From positions 1 through 36,855 of the forward strand of contig CAZFBC010000001.1 in assembly GCA_964517245.1 (NCBI GenBank): a DNA stretch of 36,855 nucleotides, in the 5' to 3' direction. The notes under the pieces were generated by a model. That model did no database searches, was not told the DNA's origin, and was given only the letters and a program-made list of their open reading frames with translations. This document shows, piece after piece, positions 23,513-28,582 of this stretch. The position numbers were made by a program, and so were the translations under genes. Position 1 is the first letter of the stretch; each line of letters opens with the position of its first letter. Source of the stretch: an uncultured Eubacteriales bacterium (GTDB lineage: Bacteria; Acidobacteriota; Aminicenantia; Aminicenantales; Saccharicenantaceae).

Positions 23513-23923
23513 TCATCCATACATGCCGGGGAAGTCGACCGAGGCCATCGAAGCCTCGTCGATGAGGGCGGCGACCTCGTCGAACTCCGTCTCGTCGGTC
23601 GCCTCCGGCAGCGCCCCGCCGGCCGAGCGGAGGCCCTCGGTGATCTCGTCGAGCTCCTCCATGGCCGACTGGAGCGCCTCCCCCTTCGACCCGTTCTGGA
23701 AGCTCTCGGGGAGGTTGTCGTACCAGCTCTCGAGCTCGTCGTGGAGCTCCTGGACGGACGACTCGACGGATGAGAGGGTGTTGACGACCCCTTCGACCTT
23801 GTCCCGGTCGATCCCCTTAAGCTCCCCTGCGGCCTGGGCCAGCTCCTCGACGACCTCGTGGGCCGGCCCGAGCTCGGCCAGCGCCTCCTCGAGCCTTCTC
23901 GCCCTTGACACGTGCTTGGCCAT
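23513..23923 (-). CDS. hypothetical acidic helical protein (136 aa)
   Basis: ATG follows the conserved leader ..ACGGAGGUGUUUCA. The protein is very Glu/Asp-rich (..ELHDELESWYDNLPESFQ..). Confidence 0.6.
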   Translation of the reverse strand: MAKHVSRARRLEEALAELGPAHEVVEELAQAAGELKGIDRDKVEGVVNTLSSVESSVQELHDELESWYDNLPESFQNGSKGEALQSAMEELDEITEGLRSAGGALPEATDETEFDEVAALIDEASMASVDFPGMYG

Positions 23924-23947
23924 TGAAACACCTCCGTATGATGCGTG

Positions 23948-24003
23948 CCGGGGGTTGGGACCCGGCCTCCCGCATTAGAGGCCCCGAAGGGCCTCCCCTC
24001 TGC
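23948..24003 (-). ncRNA. twister-like self-cleaving ribozyme motif, copy B (compensated T1 variant)
   Basis: RNA: GCAGAGGGG-[AGGCCC UUCG GGGCCU]-C-UAAUGC-GG-GAGG-[CCGGG UCCCAACC CCCGG]. The loop ends in CC instead of GC, and the junction dinucleotide is GG instead of GC. Predicted cleavage is at 23977|23976. Confidence 0.7.
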
Positions 24004-24076
24004 GATCCTGAGCCTCCCCCTGCCGACCCCTTGGCCGGCCTGAGGAAGGCCCTCCTGGGCCCTCCCGGGCCCGTTC

Positions 24077-24400
24077 TCAGCCGATCTGGACCACCGCCCT
24101 GGTCTCGCGGTCGACCCATCCATGCCAGCGGGAGAAGAAGACGCCTCCGTCCTTGAGCTCGACCACGTAAAGGTCGACGTAGACCGGCTCCGGGCTCTTC
24201 TTCTCGGTCCAGGAGTTGTGGACGTGGCGCCGGAACTCGACCGGGGTCACGGCCCCGAACAGGCCTCCGCACGCCTCGCACGTGACCGTCCAGGCCTTCG
24301 TCGTCCAGTCCTCCTTCTTGACCTCGTGGGGCCGGCCGCACGCCGGACATTCCACGACCGCGAACGGGTACTCGACATTGAAGCCTCGAAGATAGAACAT
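24077..24400 (-). CDS. hypothetical zinc-ribbon protein (107 aa)
   Basis: True start is MFYLRGFNVE, behind GGAGGUG. It carries CPAC...CEAC. The 17 upstream codons of the track ORF are a translation of ribozyme copy C. Confidence 0.6.
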   Translation of the reverse strand: MFYLRGFNVEYPFAVVECPACGRPHEVKKEDWTTKAWTVTCEACGGLFGAVTPVEFRRHVHNSWTEKKSPEPVYVDLYVVELKDGGVFFSRWHGWVDRETRAVVQIG

Positions 24401-24422
24401 AGAAGCACCTCCGTTTTGGATT

Positions 24423-24479
24423 GGCCTGGGCTTGGGACCAGGCCCGCGCATTAGACGGCCTTCCGGCCGTCCCCTCTGC
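24423..24479 (-). ncRNA. twister-like self-cleaving ribozyme motif, copy C
   Basis: RNA: (UA)GCAGAGGG-[GACGGCC GGAA GGCCGUC]-UAAUGC-GC-G-[GGCCUGG UCCCAAGC CCAGGCC]. The upstream stop UAG shares its G with the motif. Predicted cleavage is at 24453|24452. Confidence 0.7.
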
Positions 24480-24913
24480 TAGAGGCTCCCCTTCTCGTTG
24501 AGGAAGTACTCGATCCGGTCGCCGTACTTCCCGACCATCCGGTCCTTGACCTCCGGTCCGAAGGGGACCTTGACCGTCCGGTACTCGCCCTCGCGGTCGC
24601 CCTTGAGCTTGAAGACCGTCCGGTTCTTGGTGAGCCGGGAGAACTCCTTGTCCCGGACCCACTTGTCCAGGAGGTCGCCGAGGAAGAGCTCGAGGTCCAT
24701 CGCCATGACGCCCCAGGGCGTCTCGACGGCGCCGAGGCCCTTACAGTAAGCCTCGAGCGGGCGGGTGTCGAAGTCGTAATCGTTCGACCCGCCGTGCCCT
24801 TCGTTGGAGACCATCCCGACCCGCTTCCCGTCGACGAAGACGGCCGCGTCGAAGAGGGCGGTCTCTTGCGAGAACCGCGCCGAGTAGTGGATGTTCCGAA
24901 GCTCGATCATCAT
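24479..24913 (-). CDS. hypothetical protein (144 aa)
   Basis: ORF MMIELRNIHYSARFSQETALFDAAVFVDGKRVGMVSNEGHGGSNDYDF... follows the conserved leader. No function is assignable. Confidence 0.6.
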   Translation of the reverse strand: MMIELRNIHYSARFSQETALFDAAVFVDGKRVGMVSNEGHGGSNDYDFDTRPLEAYCKGLGAVETPWGVMAMDLELFLGDLLDKWVRDKEFSRLTKNRTVFKLKGDREGEYRTVKVPFGPEVKDRMVGKYGDRIEYFLNEKGSL

Positions 24914-24937
24914 TGAAGCACCTCCTAAGATTTACGC

Positions 24938-24993
24938 GGGAGGGCTTGGGACCTCCCCTGCGCATTAGACGGCCCGAAGGCCGTCCCCTCTGC
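24938..24993 (-). ncRNA. twister-like self-cleaving ribozyme motif, copy D
   Basis: RNA: GCAGAGGG-[GACGGCC UUCG GGCCGUC]-UAAUGC-GC-AG-[GGGAGG UCCCAAGC CCUCCC]. It starts 1 nt after the upstream UGA. Predicted cleavage is at 24967|24966. Confidence 0.7.
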
Positions 24994-24994
24994 A

Positions 24995-25291
24995 TCATCT
25001 GATCCGGTGGACCGCCAGCACGACCTCCCGGTCGCCCTTGCCGGTCCTGCGGATCGCCTGCTGGCCGGGAACGAGGGTCCGGACCCTCCGCGAATCGGCC
25101 GGCCCGAGGACCTCGGAGATCTCCGGGTTCCCGCTCATGGGTTCGTCGGTGTACTCCTGGACCTCGTGACGGACGGCCTCCGGCAAGCGGTCGGGCGACC
25201 AGCGGTGGATCAAGTAGGACCCTCCGGTCGGCCGGTCCGGCCCTTCGCTCAGCCAGTCCATAGGCTCGCCCAGAATGCCAAGTCTCATCAT
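24995..25291 (-). CDS. hypothetical protein (98 aa)
   Basis: ORF MMRLGILGEPMDWLSEGPDRP... follows the conserved leader AAUGGAGGUGCUUCA. Confidence 0.55.
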   Translation of the reverse strand: MMRLGILGEPMDWLSEGPDRPTGGSYLIHRWSPDRLPEAVRHEVQEYTDEPMSGNPEISEVLGPADSRRVRTLVPGQQAIRRTGKGDREVVLAVHRIR

Positions 25292-25314
25292 TGAAGCACC
25301 TCCATTTAAGATTG

Positions 25315-25375
25315 CCGGGGCTTGGGACCCGGCTCGCGCATTACCGGACGGCCCTTAGGCCGCCCGCCCCTCTGC
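25315..25375 (-). ncRNA. twister-like self-cleaving ribozyme motif, copy E
   Basis: RNA: GCAGAGGGG-[CGGGCGGCC UAAG GGCCGUCCG, one G.U]-G-UAAUGC-GC-GAG-[CCGGG UCCCAAGC CCCGG]. Predicted cleavage is at 25343|25342. Confidence 0.7.
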
Positions 25376-25501
25376 TTCCGGCCAGTAGTGCTTGGCGTCA
25401 CGGCGGCGGCGCCAGGCGCCCTTCCGGGCCGCGACCTTCTTCTGCTCCTTGAGGAGGACCCTGAGGATCCTGCGGTCTCGCTCGGTGAGGGTGATCTTCA
25501 C
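25355..25501 (-). CDS. possible small basic ORF (48 aa, GTG start) reading into ribozyme copy E
   Basis: The GTG overlaps the upstream stop as GTGA. The product is VKITLTERDRRILRVLLKEQKKVAARKGAWRRRRDAKHYW.... Its stop UAA is the loop of the copy E P1 hairpin. It is not in the ORF track. Confidence 0.3.
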   Translation of the reverse strand: MKITLTERDRRILRVLLKEQKKVAARKGAWRRRRDAKHYWPEAEGRAA

Positions 25502-25818
25502 GACCGGCCCTCCTGCTCGCGCCTGAGCTCCCGCCTCTCCTCGAAGAGGGCGTCCTCGTCCGGGCCGGCGAAGGCCTCCAGGACCCGGCCCGTCGACTCC
25601 TCGTAGACCGTCCCGGAGACCGGATCGGTCAGGGACCCATCCGCGTCGTCGCGGATGAACTGGTCGACGTCACAGATCTGGCCGCAAGCGGCGCAGACGT
25701 CGACGGGCTCGTCCGGGTCGAGCCAGGACCGGCTCGGCTTGGTCCCTTCGAGGACGTCCGCCCGGCAGCACGCCGACCGCTCGACGAGCTCCTTCCCGCT
25801 TTGGTACATGGTCGCCAT
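25498..25818 (-). CDS. hypothetical Cys-rich acidic protein (106 aa)
   Basis: ORF MATMYQSGKELVERSACCRAD...CAACGQIC... follows the conserved leader ACGGAGGUGUUUCA. Confidence 0.6.
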   Translation of the reverse strand: MATMYQSGKELVERSACCRADVLEGTKPSRSWLDPDEPVDVCAACGQICDVDQFIRDDADGSLTDPVSGTVYEESTGRVLEAFAGPDEDALFEERRELRREQEGRS

Positions 25819-25845
25819 TGAAACACCTCCGTGAAAGATTTGCTC

Positions 25846-25901
25846 GGCCCCGGCTTGGGACGGGACCCGCGCATTACAGGGCCTCAGGCCCTGCCCTCTG
25901 C
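25846..25901 (-). ncRNA. twister-like self-cleaving ribozyme motif, copy F
   Basis: RNA: (UA)GCAGAGGG-[CAGGGCC UGA GGCCCUG]-UAAUGC-GC-G-[GGUCCCG UCCCAAGC CGGGGCC, one U.G]. Predicted cleavage is at 25876|25875. Confidence 0.7.
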
Positions 25902-26131
25902 TACCAGCGACGGAACTTGACCACCTTGGCGTCCCCGTGGGTGACCTCGATCAGGGTCCTGCCCTGGAAGTCGGTCGTCGAGATCCGGAGGCTGCCGGCC
26001 GGGGTCTCGATCCAGACGCACTCGTCGGTCGCCATCCTGAGGTCGATGATGTGCTCGGGCTTCCGCTCGACCATCACCGTCTTGACGACCTTGCTCGCGG
26101 GCTCCATGACGTGGGTTTGAATAAGTTGCAT
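25901..26131 (-). CDS. hypothetical protein (76 aa)
   Basis: True start is MQLIQTHVMEPASK, behind AAGGAGGUGCUUCG. The rest of the 216-aa track ORF reads through ribozymes G and H and upstream genes in wrong frames. Confidence 0.55.
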   Translation of the reverse strand: MQLIQTHVMEPASKVVKTVMVERKPEHIIDLRMATDECVWIETPAGSLRISTTDFQGRTLIEVTHGDAKVVKFRRW

Positions 26132-26158
26132 CGAAGCACCTCCTTGAGATTTGCTCCG

Positions 26159-26213
26159 CTCGGGCTTGGGACCGAGCTTGCGCATTAACCGGCCCGGAGG
26201 CCGGCCCCTCTGC
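26159..26213 (-). ncRNA. twister-like self-cleaving ribozyme motif, copy G
   Basis: RNA: GCAGAGGGG-[CCGGCC UCCG GGCCGG]-U-UAAUGC-GC-AAG-[CUCGG UCCCAAGC CCGAG]. It starts 1 nt after the upstream UAA. Predicted cleavage is at 26187|26186. Confidence 0.7.
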
Positions 26214-26214
26214 G

Positions 26215-26409
26215 TTAAGCGAGAATGGCCTTGAAGTCCTCGAGCAGGCCGGCCGCCGGACCCTGGACCGGCTGGCCCTCCGCCTTCACGACGAAGGCCT
26301 CGAGGCACCAAGCGATGAGGTCGAGCTCGTCCTTCTTGAGCTTGACCTCGACGACGACGTCCTTGACCCGGCCGCCGTCCCGCTCCTTGAACATGCTGAA
26401 GACCATCAT
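26215..26409 (-). CDS. hypothetical protein (64 aa)
   Basis: ORF MMVFSMFKERDGGRVKDVVVEVKL... follows the conserved leader ACGGAGGUGCUUUC. Confidence 0.55.
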   Translation of the reverse strand: MMVFSMFKERDGGRVKDVVVEVKLKKDELDLIAWCLEAFVVKAEGQPVQGPAAGLLEDFKAILA

Positions 26410-26431
26410 GAAAGCACCTCCGTTTAAGATT

Positions 26432-26484
26432 GGACGGGCTTGGGACCGTCCTGCGCATTACACGGCCGAAGCCGTGCCCTCTGC
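26432..26484 (-). ncRNA. twister-like self-cleaving ribozyme motif, copy H
   Basis: RNA: (UA)GCAGAGGG-[CACGGC UUCG GCCGUG]-UAAUGC-GC-A-[GGACGG UCCCAAGC CCGUCC]. The upstream stop UAG shares its G with the motif. Predicted cleavage is at 26460|26459. Confidence 0.7.
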
Positions 26485-26735
26485 TACTTCCGGCGCCGCG
26501 CCTCGGCGACGAGCTTCGCCGTGGCCAGGGCCGCGTCGTACATCCCCGCAACCGTCCGGGGGTCTCTCGCGGCCGCCTTCTTCTCGATCTCCTCCGAGAG
26601 GTAGGAGATGTAGGAGACCGAGGTGCTGTACCCGAGGTCGTCCATCCGCCTCCGGGCCTCCATCATCTCGCGCTCGGTGTCGAAGAGGACCTGGACGACG
26701 CCTTCACCGTTCCGCCAGTAAAGAAGCTCGAACAT
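26484..26735 (-). CDS. hypothetical protein (83 aa), first gene of the early operon
   Basis: ORF MFELLYWRNGEGVVQVLFDTEREMMEARRRMDDLGY... It has the same leader (AAAUCUUCAAGGAGGUGUUUCA-AUG) as the ribozyme-preceded genes, but no ribozyme lies upstream. Confidence 0.6.
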   Translation of the reverse strand: MFELLYWRNGEGVVQVLFDTEREMMEARRRMDDLGYSTSVSYISYLSEEIEKKAAARDPRTVAGMYDAALATAKLVAEARRRK

Positions 26736-27257
26736 TGAAACACCTCCTTGAAGATTTGAGGAACGCTCCTCATTGAAGGGTCGAGCTCGTCGGCGGCGAT
26801 CCGCTCGGCCCTTTAATGAGGAGGCGGACCTTGCGGCCCGCCATCCTCGAGGTGATTCTTTGGTGCTTCTCGCGATGTCCTCGGCCCCGCTCCTTCCAGG
26901 GTTTTGTTCCGAGAGCCTTCCGGCCTCGGCCTGTTTGCTTCGGACATTCGTTCTGCTAAGTCGCCTAGGTTAGGCAGGTTCTCCCGCTTTCTTCCATCCC
27001 GACTTAGCTTTTCAAGGATCTGTCCCGCTGCCCCCCGGGCAGCGTCAACTACACCCCTATACTGCCGGGGTTCTTATAGGAAGTCAATGGGGGGGACGAA
27101 AATAATTGTCTTATAAGTTGCAGATAACGAAGGGCTTACAAAGAATCTTTCGGAGGCGGGGTTTTCCTGGCCTAGTGGATGATAAAAACCGGCTAATCTA
27201 CAGGCTCGACAATTCGGCCTTCACCGGCCGGCCCGAGGCCTCGGTCGGGCGCTCGCG
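26736..27257 (-). promoter_or_regulatory. ~520-bp non-coding boundary between the end of the late module and the start of the early operon
   Basis: This is the only long gap without a credible ORF. It has an AT-rich core at about 27090..27200 and a perfect inverted repeat GCTGCCC-ccc-GGGCAGC at 27029..27045. A weak minus-strand candidate promoter reads TTGACT (27087..27082), N17, CAGTAT (27064..27059). Confidence 0.5.
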
Positions 27258-27602
27258 CTACTCTTCGAACGTGGCCGGAAGCTCGCCCTCCGGCAGCACG
27301 TCGACGGCCTCGAGCCCGATCTCGAACGGAGGCGCCACGGGCCAGCCCGACGTATCGATGCTGAGCTTCGACGCGCCTCCGCCGGCCGGCACCGGATTGG
27401 GCGCGAACTCATGGCCGCCGGCGAGGTTGACGCACCTCAGGAAGATAGGCCCAGCAAATCCATCAAGCGGTTGAACGTCGAGGTTATAAACCGCCAGATC
27501 GCCGCGCTCAGCCTGCAAAGCCAACGGATCAGCCGTAAGAAACGCGCCTGGGGCTGCCAGGACCTCCAGCGTCACGGTCGCGACTCCCTTCTGAAAAGCC
27601 AT
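27258..27602 (-). CDS. hypothetical tail-module protein (114 aa)
   Basis: It is the last ORF of the late module and overlaps the upstream gene as TAATG. The protein is beta-rich and Pro/Gly-rich. Confidence 0.5.
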   Translation of the reverse strand: MAFQKGVATVTLEVLAAPGAFLTADPLALQAERGDLAVYNLDVQPLDGFAGPIFLRCVNLAGGHEFAPNPVPAGGGASKLSIDTSGWPVAPPFEIGLEAVDVLPEGELPATFEE

Positions 27603-27946
27603 TATATCCTCCTCGTCGATCTTCTTACCAGCACCGCAAACCCGCCCTCGAACGTCATGCGCATCCCTGACCGGCCGACCATCTTATCGCCGAAGTAGGT
27701 GACGTTCCGCGGCTTCTCGTGGACCGCGGTCCTGATCGCCTCGGCCAAGTTGACCAGCGTCTTGGATTGCCAGAGCAGGATCTCGACGACCATCGTCGCC
27801 ATCGGCGGCGAATAGCTCGTCTCGAGCTCCTTGAACGCGTAGAGCTGGAAGAGGTGCTTCTCCACGGCCATCGCCCGGAGAAGGTTCTTGAGCCCGGCTT
27901 GGTTCATGTCCTCCACGGCCGCCCTCGCTTTCGCTTCGTCGATCAT
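27602..27946 (-). CDS. hypothetical tail-module protein (114 aa)
   Basis: Internal start MIDEAKARAAVEDMNQAG overlaps the stop of paralog B as TAATG. The protein is helical. Confidence 0.5.
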   Translation of the reverse strand: MIDEAKARAAVEDMNQAGLKNLLRAMAVEKHLFQLYAFKELETSYSPPMATMVVEILLWQSKTLVNLAEAIRTAVHEKPRNVTYFGDKMVGRSGMRMTFEGGFAVLVRRSTRRI

Positions 27947-28323
27947 TAGGATGGATCCCCGATCTCCACGTCCCAAGTCGAGATGGTGATCGTGTTCGAG
28001 GCCGTGATGGAGACGTTATTGCACGTGGTAACGAAGAGGAGCTTCGACGTGGCCGAATCGCTGAGCGCCACATGGGCCGCCGTCCCGGTCGTATCAACAG
28101 TGATGGACGCGTGCTCGTTCGAGGTCAGCTTCCGGCCGCTCGAGTCGCCATTGGCCGGCCCCGTGAAGTCCGTACTGGAGATCGTCTTGATCGCCAGCTT
28201 GTAGGTCGTGACCGCCTCCGTGTACGTGGTCGGCTGCGTCGAGCAGACCGAGATCCTGGTCGCGTTGTTCTTGATGTAATTCAGCGCCGAATCGAGAACA
28301 TCGTCGTGAACCGACTTAGCCAT
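27946..28323 (-). CDS. hypothetical structural-module protein, paralog B of 2500..2874
   Basis: 125 aa. It shares CSTQPTTYTEAVTTY, ANGDSSGRK, TGTAAHVAL and VEIGD with the 124-aa product of 2500..2874. RBS is GAAGGAGGG. Confidence 0.7.
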   Translation of the reverse strand: MAKSVHDDVLDSALNYIKNNATRISVCSTQPTTYTEAVTTYKLAIKTISSTDFTGPANGDSSGRKLTSNEHASITVDTTGTAAHVALSDSATSKLLFVTTCNNVSITASNTITISTWDVEIGDPS

Positions 28324-28573
28324 TGGACCCTCCTTCGGCCTTGGGCTCGAGGCCGCGCGTGCGGACCGACGCGTCGTGGACCTCGATCACGACGTCCCGC
28401 GGAACATCCTCCCCGTCGACCTCGAGGAAGCGGACCTTCCCATCCCTGGCCCACCCGACCAGGATCGAATCCGAGACGGCCGACGTCGGGTAGACGGCGC
28501 CCTTCCGGAGGGCGAGGTGCGTCGAGGTCGAATCGTCCTCGGCCTCCCAGATGAACCTTCGCGGCAAGCGCAT
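28316..28573 (-). CDS. hypothetical small protein (85 aa), weak paralog of 2878..3075
   Basis: ATG follows AGGAGC, 10 nt after the tail-protein stop. The product begins MRLPRRFIWEAEDD... and contains ..GWARDGKVRF. Confidence 0.55.
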   Translation of the reverse strand: MRLPRRFIWEAEDDSTSTHLALRKGAVYPTSAVSDSILVGWARDGKVRFLEVDGEDVPRDVVIEVHDASVRTRGLEPKAEGGSNG

Positions 28574-28582
28574 GACATGCTC

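Noticed and set aside
24401-24451. A conserved peptide MR(R/G/K)xGPKPxxS... appears at the N-terminus of several track ORFs (24077..24451, 25629..25874, 25901..26551, 24741..24998, 23817..24662).
   Set aside because: It is the translation of the invariant UAAUGCGC...UCCCAAGCC ribozyme core. Its frame relative to the downstream gene differs between copies, in frame in two and out of frame in others. The real starts sit behind the conserved GGAGGUG.
23426-26484. The eight spaced repeats could be a CRISPR array.
   Set aside because: The repeats are 53-85 nt with variable stems rather than identical 25-40 nt units. The intervals of 230-470 nt are protein-coding ORFs with their own RBS. No cas genes or leader are present.
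23426-26484. The repeated elements could be intrinsic terminators, phage-RNAP promoters or operator sites.
   Set aside because: Hairpin 1 is followed by the invariant UAAUGC rather than a U-tract. No phage RNA polymerase gene is present. Stems covary while loops and junctions are invariant, including a compensated loop-junction pair in copy B. This points to a folded RNA with tertiary contacts rather than a DNA site. The two genuine terminators in the genome look quite different, each with a U9 tail.
27106-27474. A plus-strand 122-aa ORF starts in the AT-rich intergenic region. The ORFs 26773..26973 and 26904..27116 were also considered.
   Set aside because: No RBS is present and the composition is poor. 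The first ORF runs antisense into the last late gene. Every other gene is on the minus strand.
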